Shown: piece after piece, positions 11,608 through 24,770 of the stretch
How the letters are laid out: every line of letters begins with the position of its first letter
Numbering within the stretch: position 1 is the stretch's first letter
Origin: Chrysomallon squamiferum
Taxonomy: Eukaryota > Animalia > Mollusca
Assembly (NCBI GenBank): GCA_012295275.1
Contig: CM022665.1
Location: 16,368,001 to 16,432,000 of the forward strand
Direction: 5' to 3'
DNA length: 64,000 nt
The notes under the pieces: model-generated
Told to the model about the DNA's origin: nothing
What the model saw: only the letters and a program-made list of their open reading frames with translations
The model's database searches: none
Made by a program: the position numbers and the translations under genes

Positions 11608-12303
11608 GGGTCATTCCGTGTCAAATCACCCAATGGTTTAAACCCGACCTTCTCAGATTTTTATGAAACTTGGTATACTTGTTGACTGGGATCCCACAGC
11701 ACCAAATCTGAAATGTTAGCCCAATCAGACCAGTGGTGTGGGAGATATGGCCCACCGAATTTTGAGATTTTTGCCAAAAATGGGTGTGACCACCAACCTT
11801 AGAACCCTCATATCTCAGGAACTACTGGGCCAATCTTCATAAAATTGGTATTGTTAGAAAGGCAAAATGACAAGGATTCCAAATCTGCCTTTTTGTTTAG
11901 TTTGGAAAATATTGGAGTACCTTGACCTTTTGACCTTTGCTATGACCTTGAAATTGACCGTGTGGATCACGTGATCTTGAGATGACCTTTATTGAAATTT
12001 AATCTCCCACATGTTAACTAAAACATATAAAAGTTTCCTGGGTGTAATATTTTTTGTTTAGCCACAATATAGATTTAAAAAATGCACATACATGAAAATA
12101 ACACCTTTTCAGCCATTAACATCCGATTAACTAAAACCAAAATTCGGTGGGCCGTATCTCCCACACCACTGGTCTGATTGAGCTAAAATTTCAGATTTGG
12201 TGCTGTGGGATCCCAGTCAACAAGTATACCAAGTTTTATAAAAATCTGAGACGGTTGGGTTTAAATTTCTTTTTTTGGGGGGTGATTTGACACGGAATGA
12301 CCC
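11608..12303. mobile_element. Non-autonomous TIR DNA element (MITE), Sola2-like; copy 2, inverted relative to copy 1
   Basis: Perfect TIR GGGTCATTCCGTGTCAAATCACCC ... GGGTGATTTGACACGGAATGACCC. A 4-bp TSD, CTTT, lies at 11604-11607 and 12304-12307. Long subterminal inverted repeats; no ORF. Confidence 0.9.
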
Positions 12304-12732
12304 CTTTATTCTTTATCTCCAACTCTGTGTATTTAAGGTTGTACCTTTATACATAATTGCATATTGCCTCTATTGGCATGTGTAAGATGAATATGATAAC
12401 ATTTTATTTCATTAGATTTTGTTTTTAATTTTCTTGCATATCATTCACACATCACAAATTTGTGTAATTCATAATATCTATTTAAATATATTTTCTGTGA
12501 TTTATCAGTGACTAAAACCTTTACACTTTTCAATATGCCATAATATTTTAGTTTACTGAATTAATTCATTAATGAATTTCTCTGTTTGACACCTAACAAA
12601 GATATTTTATTTTGTTCATGAGTGTCATTATTAAATATTCATGAGTTTCATGTTGTTTTTTTTTTTTTTTGTGTGTGTATGCGTGCATGTGTGTGTTTTT
12701 CCTGTTTTGTTAGTTTTGTTATACAATTTGTA

Positions 12733-12782
<50 letters not shown>

Positions 12783-14621
12783 TACACATTTAATTCCTTT
12801 AAAATGTTTTTTTTTTTTTGTTTTGTTTTTTAGGGTTTCTTTAAAAAAAAATTAAAATGATTTGGAACTTGACGATTGAATTTTAAGACAGCTTGTCTGT
12901 GTGTGTGTGTTTTTTATGTTTTAAATTCCTTGTTGTTGTTTCTTTATTGTTTTTTGCAGGAAATGTATCATATTATTTTTTACTGGTATTATTTTTGATG
13001 TTATTATCAACATTATTGCTATTATTATTATTATTATTATTACTGTTAATAGTAGTAATAGTAGTGCTTGTTTCTAATGATGATTTTATTTTTTTATTTC
13101 TGTTTATTTATTTCATGCAGTTTTTATTCTTAATTATTTTGCTGAGGTTCTTTTTATATTATTATTATTATCCAAATACTAAAACATTTTAATGCTATTT
13201 CTGAACAGTAATTGATAAATAATTATGTTTAGTGATACCAGAAAAACACCCTTTTACAACTAAATATTTTATCTTATTTATATGTGAATTATCAGTTTAA
13301 TAACTTTTCTATTTATTTTTAAATGTTAATGTAAGTGATGAGAGATTTTTAATATTGCTAGCTACTGTTTTTGAGATTATATTTTATAGAAGCCATTAAC
13401 TTTTTAATCACATTAGTAAACTTTTTAATTAACATTTCATCTGACATGTTTATAAATTGCTTCATATTCTGTTTACAACTAACAGTTAGTGACTTAATTT
13501 TATATTTAATCAGATGTGTAAACAATAAAATTTACAATATTTTTGGTATCTGTGTGAACATTTGTTTGCTTATTTCATTGTTTGTTTGTAAGTGTGTTTA
13601 TATACTGTAATTTTATCTCTTTATGTGAATGAACATACAAAAGCATTTGTGTGCAAGTGTGGCCTTCTTAATAATAACATTAGAATTATTTGATCTCTCT
13701 CTCTCTCTCACCTCTGTACCTCCACACTATCTTACTGATATGCTCAGTTGTATCATAAACATATAAAATATTATTATTGCCCTGTTTATACTCATTTCTT
13801 GATGAGTCTTGAACTGAGTAAACAACTGATGATGTTGAAAGAAGCATACCAGCATGAATCATTTCAAACCAGTCTGAAAGATTTTAAAAGAAGTATTCAT
13901 TTATTCATAAACAGTAATACACTAAAGTGTCCTTGAAGTTTAATATTAACAGTAGCCTTAGTAATGATTAACCTGTAAAACAATTCTTTATTACTTTCAA
14001 ATTACTCATTTATATTTTTGAGCAAACTAGCACGATTAATAACAAAGAATAAAAAATAACACAATAAATATCTGAATGTCAATAATTTACCCTATAACAA
14101 TTGCAATCACAGCATCACTGTGTTTACAGTAGACTGACAGATATATTTCCATACACACTGGAACTGTTCTTTCAAAGTGGGGCATAGCAATATTTTGATT
14201 TAGAATTAATGAATCAGTTGATTGCTTTCATAGCTTTGCACTTTCACATTTTCAAGATTGAAGCTGCAAACTATGCCTCATAGAGTCATAAAAACTGTTC
14301 CACTACATTTAATAAAGTCTTTTGAATGTGTATATAATATATATTGCAGTGTCTTCGGTCACAGTAGAGTGTACAGTGTTTTGGAAAAGTCGAAGTGTAT
14401 TTTGAGACAAAAAAAGGCTGAGAAATGCTGGTTTTGTCTAAGATGACATTACAACTCCAGAAAAATGACAGTTTCCTGATATTTTTAGTCTATACTCTTT
14501 TTGTTTTTATACACTGGACTAAAAAAAAAAAATTTAAAAAAAAATTAAAATTAAAAAATGACTAAATAAATTATAAGAATAGTAATTTTATTATTATTAT
14601 TATAACACTAAAATGAAATAA

Positions 14622-14660
<39 letters not shown>

Positions 14661-14749
14661 TAATAAATACATTAATGCCCAGAAAAAACCTACCACAAAT
14701 GATAACATATGTATATTTATTTATACAACTATGTACAAGTGAAACTGTC

Positions 14750-16430
14750 CGGGATATATGATTATTTACATCTACATGAGTACCTCCAAACCCTTTTATT
14801 TTTTCAGTAAAACTTGGCTGCAGCTGTCTAAAAATAATTAATAACCAAGGACCCCCTGGAAACATACCGACTACCCTCGTGATAGAGTATACGGCTCGTC
14901 TGTAGCAACCTGGTATACATGGTTGGCTGCTCATACCCCTCCTGGCCTTTAAATCAGAGAGTGGGCAAAAGCCAAAGTTCCCAGTCTGTACCTGCCTCAA
15001 TTAAACGACACCCCTCGACAAAATTCATAGGTGGGCATAACTCGTCTTCCGCCCCGAAGATCAAGTATATCTACATTACCTTAACCCCCCCCCCCTCGGC
15101 AATTCGTAGGTGGGCTGAACAACTCCCCTCTGGTTCCGAAGGTGGAGAAAATTGTTCTGGCACACTGAAGCGAATCCTTGGTAATAACCTGTTCCCCTAT
15201 CGTTCAGTAGGTGGAATCTAACCCTGGGCCAGATGAACTTTAGCTCTAAGCAAATGATGTTCTGAATCTGAACTTTGTTATGAGTTCTTGCCATGTCATT
15301 CGACCCCAGCCGTAAAATGACAGCATTAGATGAGGGTTTGGGATTAACTTACCTGAAATAAAACTGTCTAGCTGCGACCACCGCATTCCCTTGATACCAT
15401 ACCGTGATACCTTGATACCTGACTGCTGCAAAACCTAGGTTGCCTCCACCTAGCTTTGCCTGTGCCTGGATTCCTGCAAGTGGACAAAGGAAGTTCCAAT
15501 TATCCGCATTTCATTATTTTCTACTATCGGCAATTTAACTATTTAAATATGACATAAACAAATTAAATTTCTTGTGGCTGCCGAATACCTACTACGCATG
15601 ATCGCCACCTGCCCCACTATTTAATTGTATCCTCTGGTAACCCCCTAGTTGCAGCTTCTCGTGCTGCTCCTGTTCTAAAGCATGAGATTTATAACATTGA
15701 CCTTTTACATTTATAAACTGTAATATGCGTTTGAGAACAGAGTCAAACTGGTACCTGGTTAATGACTTACCAGTATAATGATTAAGAAGCGTGATTGCAA
15801 ATATTTATACAAACCTCGCAGTGGACAGACGTTTTCACTTGCGAAACTGTCGAGATGCAGTAAATAACCATTACCTCTTTGATCATTCTTAGACTTCCTT
15901 ATTGGAAGTTTTTCTCCAGCTCTAAACTTGAAGATAACATCTTGTATCCCAATTGCTCTGTTCGAATTGTCACCCTGTTTTCTGGCTGTTATTTCTCTTT
16001 CCCGTAAGAATGGAAAGAAGGCCTGTTTGAAAGCTGTTACAAATAACCTTGCCTCAAACTGAGATGAAAAAGCATTTGGTGACAAAATAATTGGTTTGCG
16101 TTTGTCTATGTCTGCAGGTCCCTTACGTAATCCTTCAAAAGTTTTGAAATGACAAAATGCCTTATAGGGTCCCCTTTCCCCTTAAATTTGTGCCAACTAC
16201 TCATCCCACTAATACATGTTTTTATGTAGGTGGAATTAACTGCTGTAATGACAGGAAAACAATAAAATGGACTAAGTGATCCACAGACATTGGCCGTCGT
16301 GGAGGAAATCCAAATTACAGTCTAAATGTTTCCAATTGTTTTTCAGCATTATGGTAAGTTCTCCATGTCAGACTTGCCGTTGAATTCCTTAGCAACCTAT
16401 CTGCCTCTGTTGTCAAAATTATCATACTTG
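14750..16430 (-). mobile_element. Decayed DIRS-order (Ngaro-like) tyrosine-recombinase retrotransposon fragment: YR pseudogene followed by SGNH-hydrolase pseudogene
   Basis: Minus-strand YR motifs: LLRNSTASLTWRTYHN (about 16390), AFFPFLRERE, IRKSKNDQRGNG, CPLRGLYKYL (ORF 15759-16085), then YKSH./FRTGAA...GLPEDTIK*WGRWRS (about 15700-15590) with a frameshift and a stop. Downstream SGNH-like motifs: IIGTSFVH, GGGNLG, GIKGMRWSQL, LGSNDM (15510-15290). No RT, RNase H or gag seen. Confidence 0.8.
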
Positions 16431-17299
16431 TAGATAAGACGTATAATCATCATAATTACCAAATTATAGTTATTTTATTCAAAATAGTATAATTATTTCT
16501 TATTTATTACTTTTTTCTTTTATTTAAAATTATTTATATACTGTCATAGCTATATTTTTTAATGTGCATAAAATTATTTATTTATTTATCTACATATACA
16601 TATTCTTATTTAATTACGTAATTAATTAACACTATTTCTTTCTTTCTCTCTTCCTTTCCTTACTTATTTCAATCTTATTTATAAACTCATTAATATGTAT
16701 TTATTAGTAATATTTGTAATATTTTTGTAGTCAAAGTATTTAAGAAAGTAAAAGAAGAGTATTTACATTTAATTGTCAAAACTTTATAATTTAATAACTC
16801 TATATTTTTAGTTAGATAGTTTCTTTAAATATAAATTTTTATGTTTGTCCTGACATTAGAAAATGAAGTTAAACAAAAAGCTAAAAGATACAGCTGTTCT
16901 GTCCTGTAATATAGTACAAAATGTAAGCGTCGATCAAAGAATAAAAAATAATTCTGACGGTTCACCAAAAATTATATTTGCCGAGTTTGATTTCCTACCA
17001 GATTTGAAATAAACTGCGATCTAAGAACCGTGCACTCCCCAGTGGACAGCTGGTGTCATGTCTTGTGATTTTTCATATTATGTTAATTTTGCAGTTACAC
17101 CTAGATTTAATTTTTGTTTATTGCATAGATATAACCACAAAATAAAAACAGACATAAAATATTACATAAAAATATAAATATATCAACCAACACATGTCAA
17201 GAGTATACAAACACATGGACGTAAATCATTCCATCACTCAAAGAGAAACAATTATACAGATGCATGTATACATCGATAGTGTAGAAAAACAAAAACACA

Positions 17300-19830
17300 T
17301 AAAAACATACGTACAAAGTAAAAACATTACAAGGACACTAATACAGAACAAGCATTCAGATTATACTAAGTCACGAACGCGGAACAAGCATGCAGACTCT
17401 ACTAAGAGACGGAGACAAAACAAGTATGCACATTACAAACATACGAAAACAGAACAACCACGCAGACTACACAAGGACACTAACACGGAAAAGGTATCAA
17501 TACTAAACAAAGACACGAACACACAACAAGCATGCACACTATACAAAGACAACAACACAGAACAAGTATACAAACTATACAAAGACACGAACACAGAAAA
17601 AGCATGCAAACTGCACAAACACAAGAACATAGAAAACGTATTCAGACTAGACAAAGACATGAAAACAGAACAAGCATACAGTCTATAAAAAGACACAAAC
17701 ACAAAACAACTATACAGACTATACAAAGAACGAACACAGAACACGCATGCAGACTATACAAAGATACAAACACAGAAGAAGCAAGTAGACTATACGAAGA
17801 CACGAACATAGAAGAAGCATGCATACTACAAAAAGACACGAACACAGAAGATGCATGCAAACTATATAAAGACACGACAAAAGAACAAGCATGAAGACTA
17901 TACAAAGACACGAACATAGAAGAAGCATGCATACTATACAAACACACGAACACAAAACAAGCATGCACACTACAAAAAGACACGAACACAGAAGAAGCAT
18001 GCAGACTATACAAAGACACGAACACAAAACAAGCATGCACACTACAAAAAGACACGAACATAGAAGAAGCATGCAGACTATACAAAGACACGAACACAAA
18101 ACAAGCATGCACACTACAAAACAACACGACAAAAGAACAAGCATGCAGACTATACAAAGACACGAACACAAAACAAGCATGCACACTACAAAAAGACACG
18201 AACACAGAAGAAGCATGCAGACTATACAAAGACACGAACACAAAACAAGCATGCACACTACAAAAAAACACGACAAAAGAACAAGCATGAAGACTATACA
18301 AAGACACGAACATAGAAGAAGCATGCATACTATACAAACACACGAACACAAAACAAGCATGCACACTACAAAAAGACACGAACACAGAAGAAGCATGCAG
18401 ACTATACAAAGACACGAACACAGAAGAAGCATGCAGACTATACAAAGACACGAACACAAAACAAGCATGCACACTACAAAAAGACACGAACACAGAAGAA
18501 GCATGCAGACTATACAAAGACACAAAACAAGCATGCACACTACAAAACACAAAAAACAAGCATGCAGACTATACAAAACAACACAAAACAACACTACAAA
18601 AAAGAACAAGCATGCAGACTATACAAAGACACGAACACAAAACAAGCATGCACACTACAAAACAACACGACAAAAGAACAAGCATGCAGACTATACAAAG
18701 ACACGAACACAAAACAAGCATGCACACTACAAAAAGACACGAACACAGAAGAAGCATGCAGACTATACAAAGACACGAACACAATCAAAGCATGCACACT
18801 ACAAAAAGACACGAAAAAAGAACAACGATGCAGACTAAAAAGACACTAGCAAGAACAAACATGCAGACTGTACTAAGACACGAACACAGAAGAAGCATCA
18901 ACACTAAACAAAGACACAAACACATAACAAGCATGCAGACTATACAAAGACACGAACAGAGAACAAATATTCAGAATATAAAAAGACGAACACAAAACAA
19001 GCATGCAGACTATACAAAGACACGAACACAGAAGAAGAATGCAGACACGAACACAAAACAAGCATCAACACTAAACAAAGACACAAACACATAACAAGCA
19101 TGCAGACTAGACAAAGACACGAACAGAGAACAAACATGCAGACTATAAAAAGACTCGAACACTGAACGAAAAGGCAGACTATAAAAAGACATGAACACAG
19201 AACAAGCATGCAGACTAAACAAAGACACGAACACAGAAGAAGCATGCAGACTATACAAAGGCACGAACAGAGAACAAATATTCAGAATATAAAAAGACGA
19301 ACACAAAACAAGCATGCAGACTATACAAAGACACGAACAGAGAACAAAAATGCAGACTATAAAAAGATACGAACACAGAACGAAAATGCAGACTATAAAA
19401 AGACTCGAACACAGAACAAGCATGCAGACTGTACAATGACACTAACACGGAACAAAGACACTGTACAGAAACAACAAAACTGAACAAGGACGCAGACTGT
19501 ACAAAGGCTCGAACAGAGGATGAGCTTACATATGAAAAAGGCTTTACAAAGACACTAAAACAGAAGGAGCATTACGGCTGTACAAAGAGGGTTACAGAAC
19601 AAGCACGTAGACTGTACAAAGAGAGTTACAGAACAAGCATGCAGTTTGAAGAAAGACTTGAACTAAGAACCAACAATCAAAGTCACAGATAAATTATACA
19701 GTGGAAACGAAAATAGGTACGGACATCTAGATTGTACAAAGATACAAAGTATAGATAAACGGAGACTGTATAAAGATACGAACATGATACGAGTATGCAG
19801 ATAATGAGAAACTGAGAAAGATACTAAGTC
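17300..19830. repeat. 36-bp minisatellite with 72-bp A/B alternation
   Basis: Unit GCATGCAGACTATACAAAGACACGAACACAAAACAA alternates with GCATGCACACTACAAAAAGACACGAACACAGAAGAA. The ORF track shows 12-aa periodicity (SMQTIQRHEHKT). Homogeneous core at about 17790-18800, degenerate edges. Confidence 0.95.
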
Positions 19831-20352
19831 ACGGAAAATAATTAAAATATATAATATTAAATAGATTTGCATACGTTCATAGACTATCTACATTGTACCA
19901 GCACATAAATAGCAAAGTTTACATATAAAATTCAAAATAGAGAAACCTAAAAATTAAATAAACTTTCAGATACACAGAATTACAATTGGTATTTTCAAAG
20001 AGATAAACCTACAAATAGGCATTCCACGAACATAAACATAAGGTGCATGTAAGGCTCTACTGTTATATTTTTCATATTTTTAAATTACTGTGATTTTATA
20101 TGGAAGAAAAAAAAAAAAAAAAAAAGACGATTCTGTTTCTGTAATTAAAGGTGTCTAATGTATCATAAAAAAAAAAAAAAAAAAAAAAATAAGCAGTCAG
20201 GAATTTAATTTCTTACCTTAAATACACAAATTTTAAAGACACGAAAAACGCCACTAACAGAATGGTTGTCATTTGAGTGACGTTATTTGATTATTGACGC
20301 CACTTCGGCGTTCGAAATCCTTCCGCTAATAACAAAACAACTAATAATAATA

Positions 20353-20397
<45 letters not shown>

Positions 20398-21890
20398 GCA
20401 ACAGCAATAACAAACGATTTTATTTTTATTGTTCAAAGGGTTAATCTGATCGTATATTTAAATGGTCACACCACCTCGAAAAAAAACCATGCTTCCACCC
20501 ACCCATACATAGAGGAGTAAAATAATAGTAATAATAATAATAATAAAAAATGAAATTTAAAAGATAATAAAAATGAAATTTAAAAAATAATAAAAATACT
20601 ACTACTTAACTATTAATGCTGCTGCTGCTGCTATTATTACTATTGCTAATAATAATAATTTAAAAAAAATGAAATTTTAAAAATAATAATAAAAAATAAT
20701 AATAATAAGAAGAAGAAGAAGAAGAAGAAGAAGAGATCGAAATAAATAAAAAAAAAATAAATGAATAAATAAAAAAATTCTCTCCCTGTAAATCACATCG
20801 TCTTACAATAGTTTCTGTTTCTGTACTGATTTTCTTTTTTATCACATGACTGAATTTTTCGGACATTAAATTATTAATATTGTCCTGTCTTTTGTTCATG
20901 TTTCATCTGATATTGTAAATACATAATTATGATAATACTGAATATTTCCTTATTATCATTTATACACTAGTTTCCCTTTGATTCACATATCAGATATCCT
21001 TGCACGCACACTCCCCCAGTAGTAGCAGTAGCATTATTAGTAATAATAATAATAATAGAATTTTAAAAAAGCGATTAGTCTAAAGTGGACTTAAGTTCTC
21101 CGTAAACGAATGTAGGTCCTACTTGTAGGCCTTATTGCGTAGATTGTTGTTTTGCTCATTTGTCTCCCACAAAACATTACGCTAATGCGCATTAAGTAAT
21201 TATGTTAGTAAGGAAGAAGAAGAAGAAGAAGAAAAAATAACATGCGAGATCTTTAAAGCCAATTAACTAATTTGTGTAAACAGAGAGTGGTTGAATATGG
21301 CAGTTTGAACCTTCGTTAAAGCTGTTTAATCAGTCCACTTTTGCTGACTAAACTGTATGTTTAAATGACATTTGAATTGTGCACATAGATTGTAATGTTT
21401 AATTTCAGTAGAAATATAATAATAATAATAATAATAATAAAGAAAAATTGGTGTAAAGAAAACACAGAAAAACAACTTATTAAATAGATTGTTTATTAAT
21501 ATTTTTAAAAATAATAATAAATAACGATCATATATAACGTAAAGCACCATTAAAGAGGAAACAGTCATAAATATGTGTCTATGATATTCATCGTGGTGCT
21601 ATTATTTCTCGTATAAATATACTGTCTTTTGTCATGGCCTCTGTCGAATGAGATGCTCCGCGAATTGCAGGGCGATTTATCGTCGAACTGAGAGAGGTAA
21701 ACCTGCAGTTTTTTAGACACTGAAAGCTGGATTCAGCGGGAATGTTTAAATAATGGTATCGGCTGCGATCTTCACTGTAGATTAGTTATGTCTTAGCATC
21801 TCGTTTTCCTACTGCTCAGCATCGTTTCGTTTCTTGGTATTATTTTTACATAGTCTGTCTTGAAAACCCATCAGTTTTGTTCTGTATATT

Positions 21891-24190
21891 TCAGACGTCT
21901 GTTTCCTTTCTTGTACAGAGCCGTACCTGAAACGTTTACAAAGAGTATAGTATATGTACTGCGTGAACAGTGAATTAAATATAAAGAATTTAAACAAAAC
22001 AGTGCAGACGGTCTACACAAATTATTTTAATTAGTGATTAATATAGCTGTGTCAGCGTTATGACATTAATGGGTGTGGGTAGTTGTGAAAAGGTAATGAA
22101 CTACTTTTGTCCTGAAAATTAGCGTGACAACTGTTCACAATGAATAATGTAATAAAAACTAGATTAACTGTAAATGAAGGAACGAAAAATATTTACCTCG
22201 CTCATTATTTTCTGGGCCGATTTTTTATGATGGTATTTAGCAGCAGATTTCAATAAAAATTCTTTTTCAGCGTTACAGCTACATCGATTAATAAGGTCCC
22301 AGCATGCATTTTGAAGATCATGTAATTCAAACTCTGCAGAGGCACAAAGTAAACCTATAATGTAATGAATAAATATTATAAAACATTCAATTATACTGAT
22401 TAAAAGCATGCGTTGCATAATTGGGGGGAACAAAACCTTAACGCATGTTGATATTGTTAAAAACGGTCATTTGCACGTTTATAACTAGACAAAAACATCT
22501 ATAATAATAATAATAATAAACCGAAATAAAATAAAACGCCCAAAGCAAATAAGCAGTAGGCCTAATATAAACCAGCAAGTTGGAAGCTTTAAGTTTTGGT
22601 CAAAGTACACACAATATTCCTTTATTTTTATTATTGTTGTTGTTGTTGTTGTTTGTAATAATTAATATTAATTTCTAATCCACAGTATGGATTATAAAAA
22701 AAATTACTCTTTGATTTAGATCTAGTTTATTACACTCATTTATTTTACTTGTGTAATACTTTCAGGGGAATACGCTTACCTACAACCACTCTCAGATCAA
22801 TGGTGATTTTTCCGCAATGTAGAAACTTGATTAATCTGTAAAATTCTTCTTCACTGTAATCTTCTATTGGAATGACCAAGTGATCAGATGACCGATGTCG
22901 GCATGATCTCGTTCTTTGCGATCGAACCTTGTCAGCCTGTCTTTGGTGCTGCAGAAAAAGCTGATAGAGAACTCTGGAAAAATAAACGAGTAAAGAAAAA
23001 TCAGTGATCATATATCTTTGATAATATGGATTTCTTAAAGTATGAAACTTGAGTCAGATAGCTACAAAATGTAGGTAAATAAATATGTTTAAATATTCAT
23101 CTTGAGCAAAAGTGTTGTTTAAAAATTATAACAGTGATGATTATATGACATTATATCAGTGGTACTTATTGCTTATCAGGTGCGTTTAGTTGTAATTTAA
23201 CGATTTCTATTAATAATATAAGAATAGCAATAAAACCGCATTTGATGAATTATAAGTGTTCTGCTCTATAATGAACCTCAAGTTAGTAATTTAAAATTGT
23301 TAAATATGTGATGAAGGCTTACACTTTTTTCCTTTTTTTTTTTTCATTCTCAGAAAACAGTTATTTAAAAAAAAAAAAAAAAAAAAGTAATTTTGAATTC
23401 AGAAGTGATTATTGATCTATTTATTTACCTGCTTCTAGTGGCAAGAATCGCCTTGACTCCGTAAACCGGCGCTCGGTTTCGTCCGACTAAAAACTTAATA
23501 TTGCACATTTCCGGCATAGTCGTTATGAATTCAAGACTGTTAAACAGGCTTCCGGTACTGCTGAAAAACATCATCTCCCCCGGACAAGATAAACCGGAGG
23601 GTGGGGCAGCAGAACTGTGGCCATCGTCAGAAGAATCACTTGACTCGTAGCCAGACGAAAACGAAAGTTCTAAAAAGACAAGATAATGGAAATAATATTA
23701 GTGGATTTATACGCTTGAAAGTAAATGGATAAACAGAACAAAGAAAGCGGAAGAAGGAAAAGGAATTGGAACTGTAGATTAATTCAAATATAAAAAAAAA
23801 ATAATAATAATAAACTGAAAAAAACACACAAAAAAACACACACACAAACACAACCCCCCATTATAAACCCCCACTGATTTTGAAGTATATTGTTAATAGC
23901 TTTAATAAGATATTTTGAAAATAATTATCTAATCATATATATTTTATGTGCTTCCTTAATTGAAAAGTTATAAAACTGTTAAAATAAAACGAAAGCAATA
24001 ATTACATACAGATATATACGAGTAATAACATAATCGTTTAGTCATTGTTTTTGCCCCTACATTGCCATTATTAACTATAATAATAATTAGCAACGCAAAG
24101 ATTAATATTTCAGTTTAAAATACCTTCTTCCCTGCCAGCGTTCAATACGTCAGATTCTACCAAACAAGCTCTGGAATCGTAACGGTCCAT
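21891..24190 (-). CDS. BTB/POZ domain protein, short 'serine-enriched protein-like' family; 231 aa
   Basis: Exons 24190-24124 (MDRYDSRACL...), 23669-23429 (SSGYESSDSSDD...MPEMCNIKFLVGRNRAPVYGVKAILATRS), 22973-22780 (RVLYQLF...IPIEDYSEEEFYRLIKFLHCGKITID), 22354-22197 (GLLCASAEFELHDLQNAC), 21926-21891 (VRLCTRKETDV*). All introns GT-AG with consistent phases; 696 nt. Confidence 0.88.
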
Positions 24191-24199
24191 TTCTGAGTA

Positions 24200-24770
24200 A
24201 AACTAAAGTTGTTCTGGTGATGGTTAACGTCAAAGAGGTAACTGTATCTGGAAAGTGACTAATTTATAAGTCAACCGCAATTATATACTCAGTGTCAGCG
24301 GCGGTCATGAGCACCAATTGAGAGACAAGTGTCTGTGATGTCACCTTTAACTTTGACAGTGAGGTAATCGCAGGGTAATTATTATGACAAGCCAGTTAGT
24401 GGAAAGATCCGCATGCGCTATGTAATGGGTTGACAGTTGATTTAGGAATTAGTGACAATCGAACGGTCACGGCCCGCGAAACCTCTTCCGTTTGGTGGCT
24501 GGTAATTGACCTTTTACGACGCTTTTATTGACTCAAAAGATAGACATTTATTTTCCTTTTCCCAAATCAAACACAGGAATGTTTACATTTGCCACGATGC
24601 GTAATGATGTATGGTCGGCCAATAACGAGTTTGTTCCAGTTGGCTATTTTCATAGGAGTTTAGCAACACCTGTATAACGTCACGCCTTTCCAATACTTAA
24701 AAATCTGGAAATGAAGTAACTCTTTTCAAGTGGACTGGATTAAATCCCCTTTTTGTCGACACGTGCCTGT
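24200..24770 (-). promoter_or_regulatory. Probable promoter of the BTB gene
   Basis: Locally GC/CpG-richer DNA directly upstream of the ATG. Minus-strand TATAAA (24263-24268) and TATATAA (24281-24287). Also TGACCTTT (24507-24514), CCAAT near 24619 and CACGTG (24760-24765). Motif matches only. Confidence 0.45.

Noticed and set aside
15575-16430. Phage integrase or prophage, or bacterial horizontal transfer
   Set aside because: The motif style and adjacent SGNH remnant fit a DIRS-order retrotransposon. It is frameshifted and there are no other phage genes.
17790-18800. Regular 36-bp repeats resembling a CRISPR array
   Set aside because: The units are head-to-tail with no unique spacers, there are no cas genes, and the context is eukaryotic.
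17194-19487. Long ORFs (up to 315 aa) on both strands with His/Thr/Lys or Cys/Val/Leu repeats
   Set aside because: They follow from a 36-bp, stop-poor minisatellite that is open in several frames on both strands. I found no splice or start context and no unique domain.
23669-23771. Alternative upstream acceptor at 23772 for BTB exon 2
   Set aside because: It introduces an in-frame TAA; the acceptor at 23670 keeps the frame.
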